This document shows, piece by piece, positions 44,245 through 55,871 of a stretch of 64,000 nucleotides of DNA. Source of the stretch: an uncultured bacterium (GTDB lineage Bacteria; Margulisbacteria; WOR-1; CAVSGV01); the NCBI GenBank assembly GCA_963768305.1, contig CAVYHE010000003.1:160001-224000 (forward strand), given 5' to 3'. Position numbers and translations under genes: made by a program. The notes beneath the pieces are model-generated. The model was not told the DNA's origin and did not search any database. It saw only the letters and a program-made list of their open reading frames with translations. Within the stretch, counting starts at the first letter, position 1, and each line of letters opens with the position of its first letter.

Positions 44245-45258
44245 ATGAGCCTGATAAAAAAAGCGTTTGACCTGCTTGCTATGGACTGAGGCGTAATAAA
44301 AGATTATATTTTTCAATTGTCGGAGTTCTGGTTGTTCTGCTTTTGATCGACATCAATTCCGTACAAAGGAGCAGGATCCCCGTTAAGCCTTATAAGGTCA
44401 GCAACGGCAATATCACGGTCACCGTAGCGGCGCCGGGAATAGTAAAAGCGACAACGGCCCAGATGGCCGCAAGGACACCCGGAAGGGTGGAGTGGATCGG
44501 CGTCTCTGAAGGGGATGAGGTCAAGAAAGGGCAGCTTTTGCTGAAACTGGACAGCTATGAGAACGCCTTGAAGGAATACAGGCGCATCTCTGTCCTGTAC
44601 AGCAAGGGATTTGCTTCATCCCAGCAGCTTGAGGACGCAAAATTCACTCTTGACGGAACGGCGATCAAATCCCCGATAGACGGCACTGTATCGAATATCG
44701 CGGTGCAGATCGGCGAGCCGGCGGTCATGGGCGATCCGATAGTGACCGTTACGAATTCAAAAGGAATGTCCATCGAGATCCAGATCGATCAGGTGGATAT
44801 CGGAGGGGTGAAGAACGGAGAGGAAGTCAGGGTGATGGCCGATGCTTATCCGGACGAAGTCTTTGAAGGGAAGCTCGTATTTTCTTAATAATGAAGCTGA
44901 ACTCAAGTCCGTTGCCGGCAGGGTCAGACCCGACGAAGAAGACAAGGTTTTCAGGGGGAAAGTGGAGCTTATAAAGCCTACCGGGAAACTTTACCACGGC
45001 ATGAACGTGGACACGGAGATCGTCACTCAGACGCTGAATAACGCCCTTATAATGCCCAGGGAGGGCGTTCTGTCGGAAGGGGATAAGTATTACGCGTTCC
45101 TGGTCAAATACGGCAGGGCGCATAAAAAAGAGATAAAGATCTCGCTGCGGGATTCGTTCAATGTCGCCGTATCTGACGGGTTAAAGCTTAACGATGTTGT
45201 CGCGGTAACGAACGTCGCCAAACTGAAGGACGGTTCCAGGGTCAAGAATGAGCGATAA
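44245..45258 (+). CDS. MacA-like efflux periplasmic adaptor (indels)
   Basis: GGAGG SD; VSEGDEVKKGQLL, IKSPIDGTV, DAYPD, GMNVD. Confidence 0.85.
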
Positions 45259-45956
45259 GGACGTCATTTTAAGCGTACGCGGCCTGGTCAAGACATACAG
45301 GCTTGGCAAAGTGGATGTTCCGGCCTTAAAAGGCGTTTCGCTCAATATTGAACGCGGAGAATTTGCCGCCATTACCGGGCCTTCGGGATGCGGAAAATCC
45401 ACTTTCATGCATCTTATCGGCTGCCTGGACAGGCCCACAAGCGGAGATATCATCATTGATAACGTCAAAGTTTCCACTCTGGATGACAACGAACTTGCCA
45501 GCATCAGGAATAAAAAGATAGGTTTTGTTTTCCAGGCGTTCAATCTTCTCCCGAAATTGACTGCCATCAAGAACGTTGAGCTGCCTTTGTATTATTACGG
45601 TGTCAAAAAAGAGAGCCGTGAAAGCAGGTCCGTTGACATGCTGAAACTGGTCGGTCTGGAAAATCAGGGTCACGCATAAGCCGCCGGAAATATCCGGAGG
45701 AGAAAGGCAAAGGATCGCGATAGCAAGGGCGCTAGTGAATGACCCCTCCATTCTGCTTGCGGATGAGCCGACCGGCAACCTTGATTCGAAGACCGGCGAG
45801 GACATCATGAGGATATTCCAGAAGTTGAACGACAGGGGCGCGACCATAATCCTTGTAACGCACGAAGCTGATATCGTCAAGTATACTAAAAGGGTGATAA
45901 GGCTTCGCGACGGTCAGGTCGTCGGCGACGAAAAATTGGAGCAGATAAGGTTATGA
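45248..45956 (+). CDS. MacB/LolD-like ABC ATPase (indel near 45665)
   Basis: [29 protein letters not shown]. Confidence 0.92.
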
Positions 45957-47160
45957 TAAAAGTATTTTGAAGAATTACTTGAATTCTTCTGGCAGGCGCT
46001 GGAGACGCTGTGGAGTAACAAGATGAGGTCATCCCTTACAATGCTTAGGCGTCGTGATAGGGGTGTTCGCCGTCATCACACTTGTTGCGATAGGCGAAGG
46101 GGCAAAGCAATATATTTATGATCTTGTTTCAAGTTTCGGGACAGGGTCCACTTATATGGAGGTCCATCCCGGAAAGGACAGGGGGCCAGCCACTTTCACG
46201 GAGAAGCTTACTTATCAGGACTCAGAATCGATTGCGAGGGACTGCCCTGACGTTGCAAATGTGGATCCGAGGGTTTTTGCCGTCGGAGATATCAGATATG
46301 GGAAAGAAAAGATGGACATTCCGTTCATCATGGGTGTCTCCTATAAGTATCCTGCCGTGTTCAGCCACAAGGTCGTGAAGGGAAGGTTCTTTAACAAGAC
46401 CGAAGAAGATGTAAGGAAAAAAGTCTGCATTATCGGCCAGAAGATAGTGACGGAGCTCCTTTCCGGATTTGATCCCATCGGCGAAAGGATAAAGATAAAT
46501 TCGAAGAATTTCACGGTTGTCGGAGTGTTCGAGGAAAAAGGAGCGTTCCTCGGGTTTGACTACAATAAGATAGTCGTTATTCCTATAACTTCCGCCGAGC
46601 AGCTATTTGACACAAAAAAATTGATGGAGATAGGGGTCTCCGCCAAAAGCGACAAGGTGGTTTACAAGGCAAAAGATGAGATCCACCAGCTTCTTTTGAA
46701 ACGGCATAAAAAGGAAGATTTCAGGATAGATACACAGGAAGATTCCCTGTCGCTTATCAATAATATCCTCGGTTTCCTGACGCTGGTGATAGGCGGTATC
46801 GCGTCGATCTCTCTGCTCGTCGGTGGTATCGGGATCATGAACATCATGCTCGTGTCCGTGAACGAGAGGATACGCGAGATCGGCATAAGAAAATCGGTCG
46901 GCGCGACAAAAAGGGACATATTCCTTCAATTCCTTATCGAATCCGTGGTCATAAGCATGCTTGGCGGGACAATAGGGATAATCCTAGGGGTAGGGGCTTC
47001 ATTGGGAATAATGAAGCTTCTGGGGATCACTCCGGTGGTTTCTCTCTGGTCGGCATGTCTTGCATATTTCGTGTCGATATTGGTCGGTATTGTGTCAGGT
47101 GTTTATCCGGCTACCAGAGCGGCGCAATTGGATCCCGTCGAAGCGTTGAGGTATGAGTGA
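45953..47160 (+). CDS. MacB-like ABC permease (indel near 46045)
   Basis: [33 protein letters not shown]. Confidence 0.92.
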
Positions 47161-47166
47161 AGTCTT

Positions 47167-48138
47167 TTAAGAATGCTTTTCCAGATAATCCTTGACGCTG
47201 ATAGCCGCTATCGCGCCGTCGGCGGCCGCTGTGATCGCCTGCCTTAGTGTTTTCTTTCTTATGTCTCCCGCGGCAAAAACGCCTTCAACATTCGTTTTTA
47301 AATGATCATCGGTGATTATATGCCCGTTTTCATCCAAATTGACCAGGTCTTTAACGATATCGGTGTTCGGTTCATTGCCAGCATAAATAAAGACCCCGTC
47401 GATATTGATCGATGATGCTTTATTGCTTTCAACATCCTTCAACTTAATGGAGCTTACTTTATCTTTGCCGGAAATCTCCTCGACGGTCGAGCTTAATTTG
47501 AAAAAGATCTTCGGATTGGCTCTGGCTTTTTCTTCAAGTACCTTATCGGCACGCAGCGTTTCCCTGCGATGGATAACCGTCACAAGTTTGGCGAATTTGG
47601 TCAGGAAGATCGCTTCTTCAAGGGCGCCGTTCCCGCCCCCGATTACGGCGACACTTTTATCCATATAGAAAGGACCGTCGCAGGTCGCGCAATATGATAC
47701 CCCTTTCCCCGTGAAAACATCTTCCCCTTTAACGCCTAATTTTTTCGGATTACTGCCTGTCGCGATTATTATTGTTCTGCTTGAATAAGAATGTTCTTCG
47801 GTCATAACTTTGAAGAGACCATTTTTTTGCTCAAGTTTAACAACATTTCCGAATACTATATCAAGGCGGTATTTTCTTGCTTGTGCTTCGAGCCTTTGCC
47901 CAAGAGCCATTCCGGATATTCCTTCGGGAAAACCGGGATAATTCTCTATCATATCGGTCATGGTTATCAGCCCGCCCGGGACGGCTTTTTCAATTAAAAG
48001 GGCATCAATATTGGCTCTTTTCGCGTAGATTCCGGCGGTAAGACCAGCCGGACCGCCTCCGATGATAATAAGTTGAAAAGGGGTCTTGTCTTCCCTGACG
48101 ATGGGGGCCATTTTTGGCTGAAGCTTGACAGTAGGCAT
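47167..48138 (-). CDS. trxB: Thioredoxin-disulfide reductase
   Basis: GGGPAGL, SYCATCDG, HRR, FAAGD. Confidence 0.95.
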   Translation of the reverse strand: MPTVKLQPKMAPIVREDKTPFQLIIIGGGPAGLTAGIYAKRANIDALLIEKAVPGGLITMTDMIENYPGFPEGISGMALGQRLEAQARKYRLDIVFGNVVKLEQKNGLFKVMTEEHSYSSRTIIIATGSNPKKLGVKGEDVFTGKGVSYCATCDGPFYMDKSVAVIGGGNGALEEAIFLTKFAKLVTVIHRRETLRADKVLEEKARANPKIFFKLSSTVEEISGKDKVSSIKLKDVESNKASSINIDGVFIYAGNEPNTDIVKDLVNLDENGHIITDDHLKTNVEGVFAAGDIRKKTLRQAITAAADGAIAAISVKDYLEKHS

Positions 48139-48139
48139 A

Positions 48140-49162
48140 TTATTTTTCTTCTATCCCTTTCACTGAAGCTCTGGAATGGCCCTGTATTATGATCTTGTTC
48201 TGACCAAGAAGCACAGTGATCTTGTCTCCGTATACTTCGTTTTTATCTCTGACTGCTTTGGCCTTTTCAAGCAATATCACTTTGTTGTTCAGGGTGTCAT
48301 ATGAAGCATTCTTGGAATAAGCTGATATTTTATCGTCCGTGAGAAAAACATCCCCAGAAAGGGTGATGGTATCGTTTCTCTGGTCGTAAACCGCTTTACT
48401 GCAAGTTATCTTTGAGCCTTTTCTGGCAATGATGACGTTCTTTTCGGCGTTAACAATATCTTTGCTGCTGTCGATAAAGAAAGATTCGGCCGATATATGG
48501 ATAGCTTTGCCGTCGGAATAAATATCACCCGAAGGATGCCCGGTTAAAAGTGCTTTTTCCAGCCCCACATCCGCTTCCAGTTTTTCTGAATTTATGAGAA
48601 GATCGCCCTTTGTGAGAGTGATGGATCCATTGCACACGAGTTTTTTTGTAGCAAGCTTCCAGTTAAGGTTTTTTGCCGAGAACCAATATCCTTCGTATTT
48701 ATTGCCTAATTTTGCTGGAAGATGGAATATGGATCTCAGGTCTTTTGATCCTTTCATGGCTTTCAGCTTATCCTTGATCGTGTTTTCAAATTTGATGTCA
48801 TATCCGATCGGATCATTCAAGTATATCTCGTTCGCATTCATATGCCATACCGCTGAGGGCGCCAGGAATTTAAGCGTGGGCTTTCCTTTGTCATAGAACA
48901 GGCCGTTGACATCGGTAAGGGCTGAAGTATCTTGGGATTTATTTATAACTGAGTTTTTTGAGACTAATTCCCAGTATTTTACCCCGTCATAAACCTCGGC
49001 AAGGGTCGAATCATTGAATATGACATCGGCCTTTTGTTTTTCATTTTCAAGCGTTTTTGAGACCTTTCCGTTGAAATCATCCTTAGGAAGCAGCGCCCAA
49101 ATAAAAAAACCGAAGATCACAAGCACGATCAGGCCGATTATTATCTCTTTTGATCTTTCCAT
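48140..49162 (-). CDS. LptC/LptA(OstA)-like beta-jellyroll envelope protein
   Basis: N-terminal TM anchor, LptC-like KYWEL/LNW segments, C-terminal OstA-like ITLSGDV...YGDKITV. Confidence 0.65.
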   Translation of the reverse strand: MERSKEIIIGLIVLVIFGFFIWALLPKDDFNGKVSKTLENEKQKADVIFNDSTLAEVYDGVKYWELVSKNSVINKSQDTSALTDVNGLFYDKGKPTLKFLAPSAVWHMNANEIYLNDPIGYDIKFENTIKDKLKAMKGSKDLRSIFHLPAKLGNKYEGYWFSAKNLNWKLATKKLVCNGSITLTKGDLLINSEKLEADVGLEKALLTGHPSGDIYSDGKAIHISAESFFIDSSKDIVNAEKNVIIARKGSKITCSKAVYDQRNDTITLSGDVFLTDDKISAYSKNASYDTLNNKVILLEKAKAVRDKNEVYGDKITVLLGQNKIIIQGHSRASVKGIEEK

Positions 49163-49777
49163 TTAATATCCCAGCGCTCGCAGCCTCAAAGCTTCAAATG
49201 TTTCCTGGAAGCCGGGGCCGGGGCGCCCTTTCTTATAGTATGCAGCCCCAAGAAGAAGGTGGATCGCTGCGACATTCGAATCTATCGCGATTGCTTTTTG
49301 GCAATATTCAATAGCTTCGTCAATTTTGTTCATCTCGCCGTAAATGATAGCTATATAACCATAAGCGAAAACGTTCTTCGGGTCCTGCTTGATGACGGTC
49401 TGGAATTCATCGATCGCCTGCTTTTTTTGGTCATTAAAATACAATGCAAAGGCATATCTGAACCTGGCTTTCCAATCATCGGGAAAAAGCCTGACCTTTT
49501 TGGAGTAATATGCGAGAGCTTTAGGCGCATAAGTCCCGTCAAGCTCGTTCACTTTCTTCAATTCGGCAAGCCCGTCCTCTATTTTGTTCGAATATGAATA
49601 TGTGATCGCCAGATCAAAATGATATTGAGGGTCGTTGGGGTGCACCTTCACAAGCCATTGCTTGTCCTCGATCTCGCTTTTCAATTCTTTGGAAAGCTGG
49701 AAACAATCGGCAAAATGGGCCTTAGCGACCACAAAAGTAATAGCAAATAAAACTGACAGAATAGCGATTTTCTTCAT
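49163..49777 (-). CDS. Exported tetratricopeptide repeat protein
   Basis: Signal-like N-terminus, TPR-pattern helices. Confidence 0.85.
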   Translation of the reverse strand: MKKIAILSVLFAITFVVAKAHFADCFQLSKELKSEIEDKQWLVKVHPNDPQYHFDLAITYSYSNKIEDGLAELKKVNELDGTYAPKALAYYSKKVRLFPDDWKARFRYAFALYFNDQKKQAIDEFQTVIKQDPKNVFAYGYIAIIYGEMNKIDEAIEYCQKAIAIDSNVAAIHLLLGAAYYKKGRPGPGFQETFEALRLRALGY

Positions 49778-49804
49778 AAAACTAACGATATTTTATCATA
49801 TATA

Positions 49805-50641
49805 TCATGATGAATGAACGATTTGTTGATGCAAGGCGATCTTAAATATCTCCATGTATGCGTCGCGTTTTTCATTGTTCGCCAGGGTGAACAAAGCTAT
49901 TAGCGGCATGAAGACCATGAGCAAAGCCCTGTAAATCTGGTAAATCACCGGCCCATAATGCTTTTTACAGAAATAAAGGCCGCTTCGGAAGCCTTCCACC
50001 AGGAATTTCGCATCGAAAGTTCGTTTACTGCTGTATCCGCCGTAATGGTATACTGCCGGATCGGGATAATACATGACCCTGAAACCAGCCTTTCTGGCGC
50101 GTTTGCATATATCCAGATCGTCATTATAAAAGAAAAGATTTTCATCAAGAAGGCCGATCTTATCCAGGATCGATCTCCTTATGAACATGCAGGCGCCTAT
50201 TACAAAATCAACTTCAACCGGTTTTTTTGAACGCCATTTTAATGTTGTAAAGATGCTTCCCTGGCGCTGGATAGTGCCGTCGATATTAAGCAGTTTGGGG
50301 CCGCATATGCCGATTCCGTGATCTTTGTCCATAAACTGCACGATATTTTGGAAAGTGTTTTCCTTGATAAAGGTATCATCGTTCAAAAGGACCGCATATC
50401 TGCCTTTCGCTATTTTCAAACCCTTGTTATTCGCCACGGTGAAACCCAGGTTCTTTCTGTTTTCTATCAATACAATATCGGGATGCTTTGATCTGAGCAT
50501 GTCGCAGGTCCCGTCCGTTGAACCGTTATCAGAAACGATGACCTCATATGAGATATCCTTCGTGAAGTTCTTGATGGAAGCGATGCATTCTTGAAGCAAG
50601 CTCTGATTATTAAGGGTGAGGATGATTACGGAAAGGTCCAT
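49805..50641 (-). CDS. Glycosyltransferase family 2
   Basis: DNGSTDG, NLGF, LLNDD, GACM. Confidence 0.92.
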   Translation of the reverse strand: MDLSVIILTLNNQSLLQECIASIKNFTKDISYEVIVSDNGSTDGTCDMLRSKHPDIVLIENRKNLGFTVANNKGLKIAKGRYAVLLNDDTFIKENTFQNIVQFMDKDHGIGICGPKLLNIDGTIQRQGSIFTTLKWRSKKPVEVDFVIGACMFIRRSILDKIGLLDENLFFYNDDLDICKRARKAGFRVMYYPDPAVYHYGGYSSKRTFDAKFLVEGFRSGLYFCKKHYGPVIYQIYRALLMVFMPLIALFTLANNEKRDAYMEIFKIALHQQIVHSS

Positions 50642-51319
50642 TCAATCCATGAACCTGTACTTGATTATGGCCCAGAGAGTGGGGATGCCGTCACGCCACG
50701 TGATCTTCTTGCCTTCTGACCAATCGCGCCCATGATATGAGATCGGGACCTCCACTATCTTTTTGCCGCTCTTAAGCAATTTTGCGGTCACTTCAGGTTC
50801 AAAATCAAAACGGGATGCCTTTGTCGTCAATGATTTGAACAAAGGGGTCTTGATCAATTTGTAGCAGGTCGCTATGTCCGTCAGCTTGGTCCCGTATAAC
50901 AAATTCAGGGCCAATGTCAGAGCTTTGTTCCCTAAGACATGTGCCAGTGACATGTTTTCGGTCCTGCCTAAGAATCTGGAACCATAGACAACGTCGGCGG
51001 CACCGGACCTTATCGGCTCAATAAGCTTCAAGTAATCGTTGGGATCATATTCAAGATCGGCATCCTGGATTATCGTGATGTCGCCGGTGGCGTATTGAAG
51101 GCCGGTCTTTATGGCGGCGCCTTTACCCTTGTTAACATCATGGAATATGGTAATGATACCGGGCCGGTCCATGGCTTTGAGCATTTCCCGCGTGCCGTCC
51201 GTTGAAAAATCATCCACCAGGATCACTTCTTTTTCCAGGGGAACAGCCAGGACTTTTTCAAGTAGCGTTCCGAGCGTATCTTTTTCATTATAAACTGGTA
51301 TTATGACCGATAATTTCAT
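50642..51319 (-). CDS. GT2 polyprenol-phosphate glycosyltransferase (DPM1-like)
   Basis: [30 protein letters not shown]. Confidence 0.92.
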   Translation of the reverse strand: MKLSVIIPVYNEKDTLGTLLEKVLAVPLEKEVILVDDFSTDGTREMLKAMDRPGIITIFHDVNKGKGAAIKTGLQYATGDITIIQDADLEYDPNDYLKLIEPIRSGAADVVYGSRFLGRTENMSLAHVLGNKALTLALNLLYGTKLTDIATCYKLIKTPLFKSLTTKASRFDFEPEVTAKLLKSGKKIVEVPISYHGRDWSEGKKITWRDGIPTLWAIIKYRFMD

Positions 51320-52990
51320 GGTTTATTTGTGAATAAAATGTAATTAGCGCTTTTATCCAGAACAACGGTCCTTCCTTTCAATGAAGAAATAAGTTTTGCT
51401 GCCGCTTCTTTATTGGCCGATACGCAATATATTTTTCGCTTTGATGATAGCAACCTTTTCATCTCTTTCTCGTATCGTATAGAGGATACGTTATTCCTCG
51501 AGTAGTATATCATAAAATGAGCGTCGGTTCCTTTATATTGGCAGACCATGTCCGATGGCTTCGCCTGAGCATTGATCTCCCTGCAGAAAGTGCTTATGGG
51601 ATTAAGTTTCGGGAAATATTCAGCGAGATCATATATGAAAACAAGATAGGATACGCCCGCAAAAAGAACGATACAAAGCATTGCAATCCTGTATTTTCTT
51701 GCAAAAATGAGGAAAGAACCTCTCAATAAGCGCTAAAGACATCGGCACAAGGAACCCGATAAGAAGGTTGGAATAATAACCGCTGACCTCCTTGAACGAG
51801 ACATAATAAAAAGTGAAAGCTATGGTGAATAACGGGATCATGACCAGGACTAAAGTTAAAGCGGCGGAAAGCATGGACATCCTCATTGCCTCTTTATCCC
51901 CGTCACCTTCCAGCAGGTCGGATATCATTTTCCCGATGATAATGGCCAGTGCCGGAAATGCCGGCAATATGTACCTGGATATTTTGTAGTTCAGCGAAAA
52001 AGAAAAGAATAGAAGGACCACCGCAAAACATATCAGGGGCAGTGAATGGGCCTTTTTCTTTATATTATAATAAATTGCCGGATATATGAAACCGGCCCAG
52101 GGGATGGCATTGATAAACAGCTGCAAAAAATAGGAGTAAAAATCATATTGTGGCTTTATTTTCGCGTATTTAACCGCTTCACTACCGATCGTATCTATGG
52201 GCTTGAAATATCTTCCTAAATTATGACCGATGAAAATATCGAGGAACGGCCGGCCAAGTATCCTGTATTCGGCCAGGAACCACGGAAGAGCTATCAATAA
52301 AAAAAGGCCCGAAGCGAAAATAAAATGAGAGGTCCAGGGAACCTTGATCTTATTGAAAAAGACATAGATCAGCAAGATGAGCGCTGGAAGAACAAGGCCG
52401 ACAGGCCCTTTTGTCAGTACAGCTAAAGAGACGAATATCGATGACAGATACAGATATCCCGCGTTGGACCGTTTTTCGAATAATATGAAGGAATATAGCG
52501 ACAGTAGGATGAAAAGCGTCAAGGGGATGTCCTGCAGCGGCGACCTCGCCTGATAAAAGAACTGCGCGGTGGTAGCAAGTATGATCGATGAAATAAAAGC
52601 TACCCGCTCATTATAGATCTCTTTTGCAAGTTTATATGTGAATAAGACGACCAGCAGCGCGCACAGACTATGCCAGAAGTTGAGCGCGAATTCGTTGACG
52701 CCGAAAAGTTTGAACGAAGCGGCGGTCACCCACATCATGAGCGGCGGCTTGTCGATGATGGTTGAAGCGTCCCCGTAATGCATTGTCAGCCAGTTGCCGC
52801 TCTCGACTATATTTTTTGCTATCTTCCCGTAAAACGCGGAATCTCCGTCAGTGATCGGAATGACGTGGATATTCCAGAAGAAAAGTATCGCGCAGATGAT
52901 CATTAATACCGGCAAATGGAACCCGGAAAGTAAATCCTGACTGCCGGCAGGAACTGTGCGTTTAAAAACTTTTAGATCGGTGATTTTCAT
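51316..52990 (-). CDS. ArnT/GT83-like integral membrane glycosyltransferase (indel near 51720)
   Basis: [23 protein letters not shown]. Confidence 0.9.
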
Positions 52991-53000
52991 ATCAGAACTA

Positions 53001-54972
53001 TTATACGGGACTTCGGTGCCGAAGCAATAGTTTCTCCATTATCGCTTCAATTTTATTGACCTGATCCTTCGCGTTGAATTGATGTTCCGCAGTGTGTCTG
53101 CCAGCCATAGCGATCATGTCGGCGAAAGACCTATCCGACAGCAGTTTGATCGCGGCATCAGCTATGCTTTTCGCGTCCGCGGGAGGGACAAGAAGTCCGT
53201 TCTTTCCGTTCTCGATTATCTCCGGTATACCGCCTACATTCGTCGCGATCACGGGTTTCGAACACGCCATCGCCTCGATTATTATCCTCCCGAAAGCTTC
53301 GTTCAATGACGGGACAACGATGACATCGGCGGCTGAGATCGCGTCGTGAACGTCCGGCCTTGAACCGGCAAAGATCACATCATGGTCATTTGCCATGCTT
53401 TCAAGCTTCCCGAGATAATTTTTCCTTCCCGGAAGCGTTTTGCCGACGATAAGAAGCCTTATATCAGGTACGGCAGCTTTTATAAGCGGGAAAGCTTTTA
53501 TAAGGTATTGAACGCCTTTCCTTTCCTCCAGCGATCCCGCGTAGACGATAGTTTTCCCCCGAAGATTAAAGTGCAGGCGTATCCTGTCCGGATCAAGCCG
53601 ATCGAACTCCGAAAGGTCAACAGTATTGTGTATAACGACAGCATTGTTCGACCTGATGAAGCCTTTCATCCAGTCGGATATCAATATTATCTTGTCCGAA
53701 CAAAAGCGGATCTTTGCTCTTATCAGTGAATTATTTACTCCTCTCAGGTCTTCCCGGATATGAGATATCACTGGGACCCTCAATAATTTGGCCGCTTTTG
53801 CCGCCCAGATCGATGCAGATGTGTTCAAATAGACCAAGTCGATATGTCTTTCTTTCAAAATCCGATAGATCTTCAATGAGGGGAACAGTTTATTGAGGAT
53901 TGAATCTTTATAGATCTGACAATATACATTTGGGATGTTCAGCTTTGCCATTATCTGGCCTTTTTCAGGCAAAGCGACCACTACGTGATATTTGTTCTTA
54001 TCAAGCATTTTTACGATGAGTGACAGGCTGACAGGCGCGCCTGAAAGATCCGATATGTGCGAAACGAATAAAATGCTTTTTTTATTGCCTTTGAACCTGC
54101 TGTTCATCCCTGAAAAGCGCGGATCCTTGTATTTATCCAATCCTTCTTTTATCCCCATCGAGAAATTATAAAATTTCAGCATTTTCTTTGGCAGGCGGCT
54201 CTCGAATTTTGAAAGTATCATATCGTATCAATAGAGTGAGCCAGTGAACGCTTAGATTGATCTTTACCATAAGTGAAGGATGCTTCTTGTAGAAGAGAAC
54301 GGATGATCTGCCGACCTGCCTTCTTCTGGAGCAGCTTTCTTCAAATGTCCATCCGACGCCGAAAATGTAGCCGACAGCGTTAGGATTTATCTTGAATTCA
54401 CAACCCGCTTCCTTAAGGCGGTAACCCATTTCCGCGTCCTGCAGGCCGTATTCTTTAAAATCCTCGTCGAAGCCGAATACAGACATCAATGCCTTTTTCT
54501 TGACCGAAATATTGTTCGTAATAAAGACCCTGAAAGGCTGTTGCTCATATGCCGGGGATTTGAATCGCCCTTCATCGATATAATCGGTTCCTTTCGGCGC
54601 ATTTTCCGCTGCTTCAATGAATTCAACACGCCCTCGGACAACATCGACGCCGTATTTATCATGATATTTGACATGTTCTTCCACCAGCCGCCGGTCAACG
54701 ACGATATGGTCATCAATGAAAAGGAGGATATCTCCGGACGCGATCTCAAGCCCCATATTCCTGGCGGCGGACCTGCCGGAATTCGCCTGCCAGACATGCT
54801 TGATCGGGTAGGGGAGTCGAAGCTCCTTTATCATCTGATGGGTACCGTCGGTGGAGCCGTCATCGGCAACTATGACTTCGAAGTCTTTGAATGTCTGTCC
54901 GTTAATGGAAAGCAAAGTGGTTTTCAGCGTTTCTTTCCTGTTATATGTAGGTATAATAATGCTTAATTTCAT
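53001..54972 (-). CDS. GT2 plus GT4 glycosyltransferase, probably one fused ORF split by an indel near 54225
   Basis: GT2 motifs (IPTYNR, DDGSTD, FIDD) in 54166..54972 and GT4 motifs (EAFG, EAMA) in 53001..54221. Confidence 0.75.
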
Positions 54973-55871
54973 ATCGATCTCACAAAAGCCGCTAACTTGG
55001 TCATGAGGGACATTAAAGCATATAGAATTCCAAGTATTAGGCCTATCTGTAAAAGATCAAATAACCAAAGCGCAACAACAGATAAAGCCCCTTTATGCTT
55101 CATGAAATAATAATTCCTGCTTTTTCTCCAATACACGGTCCCATTCAGGATCTGGAACAGGTTTTTCCATTGTTTAAAGCTTTGACTTAAATGATGTTTT
55201 ATCCGGGCATCAGGCATAAAAAAGATCTTATAGCCCGCTGTTTTTATCCTGAAGCATAGATCGACCTCATCGAACCAGATGAATATCTTTTCATCAAATA
55301 AGCCGACATTATCAAGTACGTCTTTTCTGATCATGAGAGCGGAACCCATAGGCTGGTCCACTTCGCGGACATCGTTGAAATCCCACCATGTCATGAAATA
55401 TTTTCCGAATATCCTGCTTTTCGGAAAAAGAGAATCAAGAAAAATCGAATTGTAGAGAATAACGTCAAGCGCGGGGAATGTCTTGCATGATCGCTGGAGC
55501 GTGCCGTCGGTATTCAGGAGCTTGCAGCCAAGCGCTCCGCAATCGCTTTTTTTATCCATAAAGCGGACCATGGTCGTAAGTGCATTATCGATTATTTCAG
55601 TATCGGGGTTCAAAAGCATTATGTATCTGCCCTTTGATATCCTGATAGCCTGATTGTTCGCCCTTGAGAAGCCGGCATTTTCCTTGTTCACGATCAGTTT
55701 GACCTGCGGGAATTCCGCTTTTACCATATCAACACTTCTATCGGATGAAGCGTTATCTACGACGATCACCTCATAAATTATCCCGTTGGTATTATCTAAT
55801 ATTGACCTGAGACACGCCTTAAGCAGAGCTTCAACGTTCCAGTTGACTATGCAGATGGAGAGATCAAGCAT
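54969..55871 (-). CDS. Glycosyltransferase family 2
   Basis: VDNASSD, NAGFSRANN, LLNPD, DEVD. Confidence 0.92.
   Translation of the reverse strand: MLDLSICIVNWNVEALLKACLRSILDNTNGIIYEVIVVDNASSDRSVDMVKAEFPQVKLIVNKENAGFSRANNQAIRISKGRYIMLLNPDTEIIDNALTTMVRFMDKKSDCGALGCKLLNTDGTLQRSCKTFPALDVILYNSIFLDSLFPKSRIFGKYFMTWWDFNDVREVDQPMGSALMIRKDVLDNVGLFDEKIFIWFDEVDLCFRIKTAGYKIFFMPDARIKHHLSQSFKQWKNLFQILNGTVYWRKSRNYYFMKHKGALSVVALWLFDLLQIGLILGILYALMSLMTKLAAFVRSI

Noticed and set aside
52936..52951. Palindrome CTGCCGGCAG in the ArnT-like 5' region as a REP element
   Set aside because: Too short and too few copies in this window to support
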